Source of the DNA: an uncultured Alphaproteobacteria bacterium | GTDB lineage: Bacteria > Pseudomonadota > Alphaproteobacteria > HIMB59 > GCA-002718135 | DNA: 64,000 nucleotides | Assembly: GCA_902614395.1 (NCBI GenBank) | Contig: CACMKW010000003.1 | Span: forward strand, 36,474-100,473 | Direction of reading: 5' to 3' | In this document: positions 16,394 to 25,933 of the stretch, in pieces | How the letters are laid out: every line of letters starts with the position of its first letter | Numbering within the stretch: position 1 is the first letter of the stretch | The notes under the pieces: generated by a model | The model's database searches: none | Told to the model about the DNA's origin: nothing | What the model saw: only the letters and a program-made list of their open reading frames with translations | Program-made: the position numbers and the translations under genes

Positions 16394-18265
16394 TTAAATT
16401 ATATTATTAACTTTCAAGAAATCTAAAACTTCATCAGCTAATTCTTCAGGATTTTTTAAAAGTGTTTTCAATTTAATTTCTGGATCAGAAGGTGCCTCAT
16501 AATCAGAATCTATTCCTGTAAAATTTTTTAATATTCCTGATCTAGCTTTTTTATATAATCCTTTTGGATCTCGACTCTCACATTCTTCCAATGGTGTATC
16601 CACAAAAATTTCAACAAACTCATTATCTTTAAATAAATCTCTTGCCATTTTTCTTTCTGATTTAAAAGGGGATATAAATGAAACTAAAGTAATTAATCCA
16701 GCATCAGTCATTAATTTTGCAACTTCTGAAACCCTCCTTATATTTTCTACCCTATCTTCATCTGTAAATCCTAAGTCTTTGTTAAGACCATGTCTGATAT
16801 TATCACCATCTAATAAATATGTTCTTTTATTTAGATCATGTAATTTTTGTTCTAAAATATTAGCAATAGTAGATTTACCTGATCCTGAAAGACCAGTGAA
16901 CCATAATACGCAAGGTTTTTGAGAATTCATTTTTGATCTCTTCACTTTGTCAACAGACATTTCATGCCATGAAATATTACTTGCTCTTCTTAGTTCATAA
17001 TCAATAACCCCAGCACCAACAGTTAAATTATTAAATTGATCAATGATTACAAAACTTCCAAGTTGATTATTGTCTTTGTATGATTGAATAAATGTTTTTC
17101 TACTCAACGCAATTTTGCAATAACCAATATCGTTTAATTTCAAAGACTTTGAGGCAATTTTTTCATACGAATTAATATTTATTTTGTGAACTAAATCAGT
17201 AATTTTTCCTGTTATGTATGAGTTTGTAAATCTAAATATATAATTTCTTTCAGGTAACATCTTATCTTTATTCATCCAAATAATATGAGCTGCAAACTGA
17301 TCTGTAATTTTAATATTATCTAAATTACTTGTAATTAAATCACCTCTAGAAATATCAATTTCTTTATCCAAAGTAAGAGTAACAGCTTGCCCGTTCGTAG
17401 CATTTTTCATACTTCCTTCTGGAGCAATAATTTGATTTATTTTTGCGACTTCACTTGAAGTTGTAATATAAATTTTATCATTAATATTAATGGAACCAGA
17501 AACTACTGTTCCACTATATCCTCTAAAATTAGAAGTAGATCTATTAACCCATTGAACTGGCATACAGAAATTATCATTTTTATTATCTTTAGTTAATTTT
17601 AAATTTTCTAATGTATTTATTAAAGTTTCTTTTTTATACCATGGCATATTCTTAGAAACCCTAAAAACATTATCTCCTTTTAGAGCAGACATTGGAATAT
17701 AATCTTTTGAAGTGAAGTCAAAATTTGTTGAAATTATTTCAAATTTTTTTGTTATTTTTGAAAAAATATCTTCATCATAATTTACAAGATCCATTTTATT
17801 GATTGCTATTACAATATGTCTAATTCCTAAAAGTGATAAAATGAAAGTGTGCCGTTTTGTTTGATCTAATATACCTTTAGTTGAATCAATTAGTACAATC
17901 CCTACATCAGAATTTGATGCTCCTGTTGCCATGTTTCTTGTATATTCTTCATGACCTGGCGTATCAGCAATAATAAACTTACATTTTTGTGTTTCAAAAT
18001 ATCGATAAGCTACGTCAATTGTTATTCCTTGCTCCCTTTCAGCTTGCAAACCATCAATTAATAATGCAAGGTCAATATCTTTCCCCTGAGTTCCATATTT
18101 TTCACTTTCATATTCAGCTTGCGAAATCTGATCATGAAAAATACTTTTTGAATCAAATAGCAATCTCCCAATTAATGTTGATTTACCATCATCGACGGAT
18201 CCACATGTAAGAATTTTAACCTGATTTTTTGTATTCTGTTTTTTAAAAAAGGTATTTATATCCAT
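16394..18265 (-). CDS. cysNC: bifunctional sulfate adenylyltransferase subunit 1 (GTPase) / adenylylsulfate kinase
   Basis: G1 [10 protein letters not shown]3 DTPGHEEY, G4 NKMD. The C-terminal APS-kinase P-loop is GLSGSGKST. 623 aa. Confidence 0.9.
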   Translation of the reverse strand: MDINTFFKKQNTKNQVKILTCGSVDDGKSTLIGRLLFDSKSIFHDQISQAEYESEKYGTQGKDIDLALLIDGLQAEREQGITIDVAYRYFETQKCKFIIADTPGHEEYTRNMATGASNSDVGIVLIDSTKGILDQTKRHTFILSLLGIRHIVIAINKMDLVNYDEDIFSKITKKFEIISTNFDFTSKDYIPMSALKGDNVFRVSKNMPWYKKETLINTLENLKLTKDNKNDNFCMPVQWVNRSTSNFRGYSGTVVSGSININDKIYITTSSEVAKINQIIAPEGSMKNATNGQAVTLTLDKEIDISRGDLITSNLDNIKITDQFAAHIIWMNKDKMLPERNYIFRFTNSYITGKITDLVHKININSYEKIASKSLKLNDIGYCKIALSRKTFIQSYKDNNQLGSFVIIDQFNNLTVGAGVIDYELRRASNISWHEMSVDKVKRSKMNSQKPCVLWFTGLSGSGKSTIANILEQKLHDLNKRTYLLDGDNIRHGLNKDLGFTDEDRVENIRRVSEVAKLMTDAGLITLVSFISPFKSERKMARDLFKDNEFVEIFVDTPLEECESRDPKGLYKKARSGILKNFTGIDSDYEAPSDPEIKLKTLLKNPEELADEVLDFLKVNNII

Positions 18266-19164
18266 TAAAAATAACCTTCTCGTTTTTTTATTTCCATAGA
18301 TCCAATTTGATCTGTATCAATAAGTCTACCTTGCCTCTCTGAATTATTGGATTCAAGTAATTCTATTATTATTTCTTCAATACTAGCAGCATTTGATTCA
18401 ATAGCAGCAGTTAATGGATAACATCCTAAAGTTCTAAATCTGACTAATTTTGTTTCTATCTTTTCTTCTTCTTTAATTTTTAATCTATCATCATCTACCA
18501 TTATGAGCATGTTATCTCTTAATATTACCGGTCTTTTTTTTGCTAGATAGAGAGGAACAATTGGAATATTTTCTTCATAAATATATTGCCAAATGTCAAG
18601 TTCTGTCCAATTTGAGAGTGGAAATACTCTTACACTCTCATTATTACCTATTTTTGTATTGAAAAGATTCCACAATTCAGGTCTCTGATTTTTAGGATCC
18701 CAACGATGATTTTCATCTCTAAAAGAAAAAACTCTTTCTTTAGCTCTAGATTTTTCTTCATCCCTTCTTGCACCACCAAATGCAGCGTCAAATTTAAATT
18801 TACTTAAAGCTTGTTTTAAAGACTGCGTTTTCATTATGTCTGTATGTGTTTTTGATCCATGAGATATTGGACCGATATTTTTTTTAAGACCTTCTTGATT
18901 TATATGAACAATTAAATTCAAGTTATATTTTTTAGAAACTTCATCTCTGAATTTTATCATTTCTTTGAATTTCCACGTTGTATCTACATGTAAAAGTTTA
19001 AATGGGATTTTATTTGGCGAAAAAGCTTTCATTGTTAAGTGAAGCATAACTGATGAATCTTTCCCTATTGAATAAAGCATAACAGGGTTTGAAAACTCTG
19101 CTGCAACCTCTCTAATAATATGAATACTTTCAGATTCTAATTTTTTAAGATGATTATGTTTCAT
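18265..19164 (-). CDS. cysD: sulfate adenylyltransferase subunit 2
   Basis: CysD-type blocks [33 protein letters not shown] and [11 protein letters not shown]. Its stop overlaps the cysNC start by 1 nt (TAATG). Confidence 0.9.
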   Translation of the reverse strand: MKHNHLKKLESESIHIIREVAAEFSNPVMLYSIGKDSSVMLHLTMKAFSPNKIPFKLLHVDTTWKFKEMIKFRDEVSKKYNLNLIVHINQEGLKKNIGPISHGSKTHTDIMKTQSLKQALSKFKFDAAFGGARRDEEKSRAKERVFSFRDENHRWDPKNQRPELWNLFNTKIGNNESVRVFPLSNWTELDIWQYIYEENIPIVPLYLAKKRPVILRDNMLIMVDDDRLKIKEEEKIETKLVRFRTLGCYPLTAAIESNAASIEEIIIELLESNNSERQGRLIDTDQIGSMEIKKREGYF

Positions 19165-19169
19165 TTATT

Positions 19170-19967
19170 TTATAACAAAGCATCATGAGCATATGCAAAA
19201 AAATGTGGATTAAGAATATCTTCCTTTTTATTATATACTAAATCTTTATTATCTATAGTTTTAAGTTTTCCACCTGCTTCTAATAAAATTATATGACCAG
19301 CAGCAATATCCCATTCAGAAGTTGGTCCAAATCTTGGATAAATATCAGCTTTACCTTCAGCGATCTCGCAAAATTTGAGTGAGCTTCCCTTTTCTATTAT
19401 TTCAAAGTTAGTAAATTTTTTTTTGACCCAATTGTCAAAAGCAATGTTTGAATGTGACCTACTACCTATAACTCTAATTTTTTTATTATTTGTATATTTT
19501 ACTGAAATTTTTTCTGAATTTTTAAAAGTATTAAGATTGTTTTTCGTATAAATTTTATAAGAACCATTATTTTTTTTAGAAAAAAATAAACTTCCAAAAG
19601 CTGGTGCATAAATAATACCTAAGACTGGTTGATTATATTCAATAAGCGCGATGTTAATTGTGAATTCATCATTTTTTTTTATAAATTCTTTTGTACCATC
19701 TAGAGGATCAATTAACCAATATGTTTCCCAATTTTTTCTTGTATCCCATTCAATAAATTCTTCCTCACTTAATATTGGCACATTTGGAGTAATTTTAGAA
19801 ATACTACTAAGTAATATTTTATTAGAATCTAAATCTGCTTTAGTTAATGGAGATTCATCTTCTTTATAAATAATCTCAGTGTCAAGTTCATAAAAGTCTA
19901 GAACCCTATTTCCTGCAGTTATAGCTGCATTACACAATTGTAGTAATATATTTTTATTTATTTTCAT
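19170..19967 (-). CDS. cysQ: 3'(2'),5'-bisphosphate nucleotidase (PAP phosphatase)
   Basis: Inositol-monophosphatase fold motifs LSEEE, WLIDPLDGTKEF and WDIAAGHIIL. It is the first gene of the cysQ-cysD-cysNC run. Confidence 0.8.
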   Translation of the reverse strand: MKINKNILLQLCNAAITAGNRVLDFYELDTEIIYKEDESPLTKADLDSNKILLSSISKITPNVPILSEEEFIEWDTRKNWETYWLIDPLDGTKEFIKKNDEFTINIALIEYNQPVLGIIYAPAFGSLFFSKKNNGSYKIYTKNNLNTFKNSEKISVKYTNNKKIRVIGSRSHSNIAFDNWVKKKFTNFEIIEKGSSLKFCEIAEGKADIYPRFGPTSEWDIAAGHIILLEAGGKLKTIDNKDLVYNKKEDILNPHFFAYAHDALL

Positions 19968-20042
19968 GGTTTACTTATTCATTTAAACAAATTGTGATTA
20001 TATTATTAAAATGATAATTTCATTAATTATTAATTTTAAAAT

Positions 20043-23000
20043 ATGACAGATATTGCCGTAAATACATTATTTGAAATTGATCAAGTAGTATCGTTTGATG
20101 AAACAATAATTGTAGATAATTTGATAAAATATCTTGAGCCAAATTATGTTGATAAAAGAAAAGATATTAAAGCGAGAGCTGTACAAATCGTAAATGAATC
20201 TAGAAAATCAATAGGAATAATAAAAAGTCCAATTGAAAACTTACTTCAAGAATATCAATTAAATAGTGAAGAAGGAACTGTACTGCTTTGTTTGGCTGAA
20301 GCACTTTTAAGAATACCCGATCAAAAAACTATTGATAGATTATTAGAAGATAAGTTTACATCGACTGATTGGAAAAAGCATACTGGTTTCGATAAAGGTC
20401 TTTTTGTTAACGCATCATCTTGGGCATTCTTCTTAACGGGAAATATTTTAAAAAGAAATAAATTAGATGAAAATAAATTAGAAGAAAATTACAAAAGTTT
20501 TATTAAAAAAAACTCTGAACCAGTATTTAGGACTGTTGTAAGAAAAGCTGTAATGGTTTTAGCAAAACAGTTTGTATTTAAAGCAAAGATGGATGAAGCA
20601 GTAAAATTTACTAATTCAGAAAAATATAAAAGAAATTTATTTTCATTTGATATGCTTGGAGAAGGAGCAAGAACTGATGAAGACGCGCATAAGTATTATT
20701 TAGAATATTTAAAAAGTATAGAGTTTACAGGAAAAAAACTACTAAATAATTTAGACCCTACGCTTTCAAATGGAGTTTCTGTTAAACTTTCAGCATTACA
20801 TCCAAGATATGAAAGACATAAATTTGATCATCTTAAAAAAGAACTCTTACCAAAGTTAATTGAATTAGGACTATTGGCAAAAAAATATAATATTCAATTA
20901 TGTATAGATGCGGAAGAAGATAATAGATTAATATTATCGTTAAAAATTTTTGAATTATTGATTAATGATGAAAGACTAAAAAATTGGAATGGGCTTGGTC
21001 TAGCTTTACAAGCTTATCAAAAAAGAGCATTCTATATTATTGATTGGTTGAATAATTTAGCTAATAAAAATAATAAAGTGATACCAGTACGTTTAGTTAA
21101 AGGAGCGTATTGGGATAGTGAAATAAAATATGCGCAAGTATCTGGTTTTGATGACTATTCAGTTTTTACAAGGAAACCTCTAACTGATTTGTCTTGGATG
21201 GCTTGTGCTATAAAATTAATTAAATATCAAAAAAATATTTTTCCTGCTTTTGCTACACATAACGCTTATTCTATTGCTTTTATTGAAGAAATAGCAAGAG
21301 GTTGTAAATTTGAATTTCAACGAATTCATGGAATGGCTGATATCTTACATAATTATTTTAATAAAAATTCAAATCTAGAAAAAACTAAATGTAGAATTTA
21401 TGCTCCAGTTGGTGATTATGAAGATCTGCTTCCATATCTGATGAGACGATTATTAGAAAATGGAGCAAACACATCCTTTGTTAACAAACTGAATGACAAA
21501 AATTTTAAAGTAGAAGAATTTGTTATTGATCCTATTGAAATAATTAAAAAATATAATGAATATAGAAATCCATATATTCCTAAACCCAAAGATATTTTTT
21601 TACCAGTTCGAAAAAATTCTAAAGGCATAAATCTAGAAAGTGAAAATACTATTTTAGATATAAAAAAAATATTTGATGAAAACAAAAAACAATATTTAGC
21701 CAATTCAATAATAAATGGAGATGAAAAAACCACAAATAATGAGGTAAATATTTTTTCACCATTTTTAAAAGATGAGATGATTGGAAAAGTAACTTTTGCT
21801 AATAATTTATTGGTTAATGAAGCAATTGAAACAGCTAATGACTATCTAAAAAATTGGAAATCAGTAAGTATTGAGGATAAATGCAAAATCATAGATAGAT
21901 TTGTTAATTTATTAGAAGTTAACAAAAATGAACTAATAAGAATTTGTGTAGAGGAAGCTGGAAAAACAATAAAAGATGCTATCGACGATTTAAGAGAGGC
22001 AATAGATTTCTGTTATTATTATTCTAATCAATCTAAAAAAATATTTTTGGAGGATGAAATTTTAATTGGACCAACAGGTGAAAAAAATATTTTAAAATAT
22101 GAGAGTAAAGGTGTATTGTTTTGTATTAGTCCATGGAATTTTCCAATAGCAATATTTACAGGACAAATAATTGCTGCACTCTTAACAGGAAATACTGTTA
22201 TTGCTAAACCTGCTGAACAAACTTCAATTATTGCATACAAATTAATCAAAATATTATTTGAAGCCGGACTTCCTACAGAGGCTTTGCAATTAATATTAGG
22301 AGATGGAGAAAGTATTGGTGATGAAGCTCTTAAAAATAAACACATAAAAGGAGTTTTGTTTACAGGTTCTTCTGAAACAGCGAATAAGATTCAACATAAT
22401 CTTAACCAAAGAAAAGAAATAATATCTTTAACTGCTGAAACAGGAGGCCAGAATTTTATGATTGTGGACTCATCTGCGTTAACAGAACAAGTTGTTGATG
22501 ATGTAATAGAATCAGCGTTTAATTCTGCCGGGCAAAGATGTTCTGCACTTAGAGTTCTTGCAATTCAGGATGAAGTTTACGACAAAACTATAAGCATGTT
22601 AATTGGTGCAACCAAAAAATTAAAAGTAGGTTTACCTTATTTATTAGGTACAGATATTGGGCCTTTAATTGATATTGAAGCTAAAAAGAGAATATTAAAA
22701 CACTTAAATAGATTTAAAGAAAAAATTTTATTTAACTCTGAATTAGATAAAAATTTAGACGGGTTTTTTGTTCAACCTACAATAATTGAAATAAATGATT
22801 TAAAAGAAATTGATGAAGAAGTTTTTGGACCTATTCTTCATATCGTAAGATATTCTTCTGATAAAATTGATAACTTAGTAGATGAAATAAATAATTTAAA
22901 TTATGGATTAACTTTAGGAATACATAGTAGAATTGACAGTACGATAAATTTTATTTCAAATAATGTTAATGTAGGAAATATTTATATAAATAGAAACATT

Positions 23001-23177
23001 ACTGGAGCTGTGGTAGGATCACAACCATTTGGAGGGAGAGGATTGTCAGGAACAGGTCCGAAAGCTGGAGGACCAAATTATTTGCTTAATCTGTTAAATG
23101 AAAAAACATTATCAAATGATATTACAGCGTCAGGTGGAAATACTTCTTTATTAATGCTATCGGATGAAAATGATTAA
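20043..23177 (+). CDS. putA: bifunctional proline dehydrogenase / 1-pyrroline-5-carboxylate dehydrogenase
   Basis: The PRODH half has SFDMLGEGART and RLVKGAYWDSE. The ALDH half has FTGSSETA, TAETGGQN and the catalytic Cys in AGQRCSALRV. 1044 aa. Confidence 0.9.
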   Translation: MTDIAVNTLFEIDQVVSFDETIIVDNLIKYLEPNYVDKRKDIKARAVQIVNESRKSIGIIKSPIENLLQEYQLNSEEGTVLLCLAEALLRIPDQKTIDRLLEDKFTSTDWKKHTGFDKGLFVNASSWAFFLTGNILKRNKLDENKLEENYKSFIKKNSEPVFRTVVRKAVMVLAKQFVFKAKMDEAVKFTNSEKYKRNLFSFDMLGEGARTDEDAHKYYLEYLKSIEFTGKKLLNNLDPTLSNGVSVKLSALHPRYERHKFDHLKKELLPKLIELGLLAKKYNIQLCIDAEEDNRLILSLKIFELLINDERLKNWNGLGLALQAYQKRAFYIIDWLNNLANKNNKVIPVRLVKGAYWDSEIKYAQVSGFDDYSVFTRKPLTDLSWMACAIKLIKYQKNIFPAFATHNAYSIAFIEEIARGCKFEFQRIHGMADILHNYFNKNSNLEKTKCRIYAPVGDYEDLLPYLMRRLLENGANTSFVNKLNDKNFKVEEFVIDPIEIIKKYNEYRNPYIPKPKDIFLPVRKNSKGINLESENTILDIKKIFDENKKQYLANSIINGDEKTTNNEVNIFSPFLKDEMIGKVTFANNLLVNEAIETANDYLKNWKSVSIEDKCKIIDRFVNLLEVNKNELIRICVEEAGKTIKDAIDDLREAIDFCYYYSNQSKKIFLEDEILIGPTGEKNILKYESKGVLFCISPWNFPIAIFTGQIIAALLTGNTVIAKPAEQTSIIAYKLIKILFEAGLPTEALQLILGDGESIGDEALKNKHIKGVLFTGSSETANKIQHNLNQRKEIISLTAETGGQNFMIVDSSALTEQVVDDVIESAFNSAGQRCSALRVLAIQDEVYDKTISMLIGATKKLKVGLPYLLGTDIGPLIDIEAKKRILKHLNRFKEKILFNSELDKNLDGFFVQPTIIEINDLKEIDEEVFGPILHIVRYSSDKIDNLVDEINNLNYGLTLGIHSRIDSTINFISNNVNVGNIYINRNITGAVVGSQPFGGRGLSGTGPKAGGPNYLLNLLNEKTLSNDITASGGNTSLLMLSDEND

Positions 23178-24273
23178 AATAAAATCAATTGAAGTTTTTA
23201 AAATAGATCTTCCACTTAAAGAAGGAAATTATAGTTGGTCTCATGGTAATTCAGTAAACTCTTTTGATTCAACAATTGTAAAAATAAATACCAATATTGG
23301 AATTAGTGGACTTGGAGAAGTTTGTACGCTTGGTCCTGCGTATTTACCTGCTTATGCTGAAGGTGTAAGAACGGGCATAAAGCAGATTGGTAAATACCTA
23401 ATCAATAAAGATCCAACAGATCTACAAGAAATTAATTTAGAAATGGATAAAAACTTAAAGGGTCACAACTATGTTAAATCACCAATTGATATTGCTTGCT
23501 GGGATATAACATCAAAAGTAATGCAAGTCCCATTATGGAAATTACTTGGAGGAAAATTTGGTAAAAGCGTAGATCTATACCGAGCAATTTCTCAAGAGTC
23601 CCCTAAAGCAATGACAAAGAAAGTTATTAAATATCAAGAAGAGGGATATAAAAAATTTCAACTTAAAGTTGGTGGGGACCCAATAGAGGATATTGAAAGA
23701 ATTAAATTAATTAGATCGAAATTAAAGAATAATGAGATATTAGTTGCTGATGCTAATACTGGTTGGCTGATGCATGATGCGCTTAAAGTAGTCAAAGAAA
23801 CTAATCATTTAAATATTTATATTGAACAACCTTGCTTAACTTATGAGGAAAATTTAATTGTTAGGGATAAATGCAGTAACCCATTTATTTTGGATGAAAA
23901 TATTGATTCTATAAGTGCTTTTTTAAGAGCTTATAAAGATAAAGCTATGGATATAATTAATATAAAAATAAGTAAACTTGGCGGAATTACAAAAAGTAAA
24001 TTATTAAGAGACTTATGTATTGAGTTAGGAGTTGGAATGACTATTGAAGACTCATGGGGTGGTGATATTGCAACATCAGCAATTGCACATTTAGCTCATA
24101 GTACACCTTCGAAATATCTTTTTTCATCAACTGATTTTAATAGTTATAACACATTGAGCTATTCTAAGGGTTCCCCACAAAGAAAAAAAGGTAAATTTGA
24201 GGCATCAAATAATATTGGTCTTGGAATTGAAATTAATTCAAAAAAAATAAAAAATCCAGTTTTTAAAATTTAA
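23164..24273 (+). CDS. enolase-superfamily enzyme, MLE subgroup (racemase/epimerase-like; substrate unknown)
   Basis: FQLKVGG, metal-ligand blocks VADANTGW / IEQP / ILDEN, and DIINIKISKLGGIT, which resembles the dipeptide-epimerase second-Lys block. Its start overlaps the putA stop by 14 nt. Confidence 0.75.
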   Translation: MKMIKIKSIEVFKIDLPLKEGNYSWSHGNSVNSFDSTIVKINTNIGISGLGEVCTLGPAYLPAYAEGVRTGIKQIGKYLINKDPTDLQEINLEMDKNLKGHNYVKSPIDIACWDITSKVMQVPLWKLLGGKFGKSVDLYRAISQESPKAMTKKVIKYQEEGYKKFQLKVGGDPIEDIERIKLIRSKLKNNEILVADANTGWLMHDALKVVKETNHLNIYIEQPCLTYEENLIVRDKCSNPFILDENIDSISAFLRAYKDKAMDIINIKISKLGGITKSKLLRDLCIELGVGMTIEDSWGGDIATSAIAHLAHSTPSKYLFSSTDFNSYNTLSYSKGSPQRKKGKFEASNNIGLGIEINSKKIKNPVFKI

Positions 24274-24274
24274 A

Positions 24275-25933
24275 CTACTTGTATTTATAAAATTTTTTTG
24301 CTTGATCTAAAGTGATGTATTCATTCAGTAAATCTTCTTCAATCAAAGACTTGTCTCTAAGTTCTGGCTTACCACACCCTCCTCCATTACCAGTATGAAT
24401 TCTCACGACATCTTCTGGTTCAAGAGTTAATCCAGTTACAACAGAATATTTTTCTAGATCTCCATTTTTACGAATTACCTCAATATAATTAGATCCACCT
24501 TCATTACCCCCATCTAATGCCCATGGTAAACTTTTAGACCTTGTATAAGCTACTGATACCCAGGCATTTTTTGATCTAACTCTGTAATCCATTACTATTC
24601 CTTTGCCACCTCTAAATTTACCTTCACCACCATCCTCGTCAGTAAGTCTCATTTGATCTACATAAACACCATGTCTAGCTTCAGATATTTCTGCGGGGGT
24701 ATTAAAAGTATCACCGTGAAAAGCAGAAAAGTTTGCACTACAGCCATCACTTACGCTACTTGCTCCCCAACCACCAACTTGTGGTTCTATAATGATAAAG
24801 GTAGCTCCAGTATCCGGATGTTGGCCACCCATAAATGTACCACATATAGAAGCAAAACTTCCAGCAGATGATTTATTTGGATTTAGATGGGAAATAGTTT
24901 TCCAAATTAAATCATAGGATCTAATATCTGTTTCGTAGTATATACCTTGAGCAGCTGGTCTTACTGGATTAAACATAGATCCTTCATCACATAAAACTTT
25001 TAAAGGTCTAAACGTTCCAGCATTACAAATGAAATCACTTGAAGTGATCCCTTTAAATGCCATTTGCGCAGATACTACTGTTCCATCATATGAAGCATTA
25101 TTTGGTCCATCATCTTGCTCTGGATTATTTCTTAAATCTACAATAAATTCTTTATCGTTAATAGTAACATCAACTTGAATTTTTCTGCCATCATCAAGTA
25201 AATCTTCTCCATGATAAGTTCCATGAGGAAGACTTGATAACGCATCCAAAGAAGTTCTTTCACCATAATCCATAAATTGTTGAACAGAATTTTTAAATAT
25301 TTCTGTTCCATATTTATTTGCAATATCCTTAATTCTTTTTTCCCCTACTCTTATTGAAGCTATAGCTGCCCACATATCTCCAAGTGTGTATTGTGGTACT
25401 CTACTATTAGCAGTTATAATATCTATTACTGATTGGATAGGTTTCCCATTTTCAATCATTTTGATTACTGGAAGTTGTAAACCTTCTTGGAATATTTCTT
25501 TTGCATCAGCTGAAATACCTCCAGGAGCCATCCCTCCTAAATCAGGCCAATGAGCAATATTTGCCGTCCATGCTATTCTTTCTCCTTGTGAAAAAACTGG
25601 CATAACAACAATAACATCATTTAAATGAGTTACTCCTCCATTGTAAGGATCATTAGTAGCAAAAACATCACCTTCTTTTATTTGATTTGAATCATATTTT
25701 TTTATAACAGCTTGCACTGCTTTATCACACATTGCAATGAATGCAGGTATACCAGCACCAGAAGCAGCTATGTTACCGTTAGAATCTGTTACGGCTGTTC
25801 CAAAATCAAGAACTTCATAAATAATTGAGCTCATTGCAGTTTTTCTCATAGCTACAAACATTTCATCGCAAGCAGCTTGTAGTGAACTTTGAATAATCTC
25901 AGTCGTTATTGGATCATTTTTTATACTATTCAC
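24275..25933 (-). CDS. hyuB: hydantoinase B / oxoprolinase-family subunit (HyuB1)
   Basis: DPITTEIIQSSLQAACDEM..., YEVLDFGTAV, C-terminal GGCGKP. Its start overlaps the hyuA1 stop by 8 nt. Confidence 0.85.
   Translation of the reverse strand: MNSIKNDPITTEIIQSSLQAACDEMFVAMRKTAMSSIIYEVLDFGTAVTDSNGNIAASGAGIPAFIAMCDKAVQAVIKKYDSNQIKEGDVFATNDPYNGGVTHLNDVIVVMPVFSQGERIAWTANIAHWPDLGGMAPGGISADAKEIFQEGLQLPVIKMIENGKPIQSVIDIITANSRVPQYTLGDMWAAIASIRVGEKRIKDIANKYGTEIFKNSVQQFMDYGERTSLDALSSLPHGTYHGEDLLDDGRKIQVDVTINDKEFIVDLRNNPEQDDGPNNASYDGTVVSAQMAFKGITSSDFICNAGTFRPLKVLCDEGSMFNPVRPAAQGIYYETDIRSYDLIWKTISHLNPNKSSAGSFASICGTFMGGQHPDTGATFIIIEPQVGGWGASSVSDGCSANFSAFHGDTFNTPAEISEARHGVYVDQMRLTDEDGGEGKFRGGKGIVMDYRVRSKNAWVSVAYTRSKSLPWALDGGNEGGSNYIEVIRKNGDLEKYSVVTGLTLEPEDVVRIHTGNGGGCGKPELRDKSLIEEDLLNEYITLDQAKKFYKYK

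Noticed and set aside
16394-19967. Interpreting cysD/cysNC as symbiotic nodPQ
   Set aside because: There are no nod genes and no sulfotransferase in the window, and the organism type is wrong. I mention it only as precedent for PAPS supply to sulfation.
21416-22345. Two 105-aa antisense ORFs inside putA (21416-21733 and 22028-22345)
   Set aside because: Both lie within conserved PutA coding sequence. Such antisense ORFs are expected by chance in AT-rich genes, where stop codons are rarer in some antisense frames.
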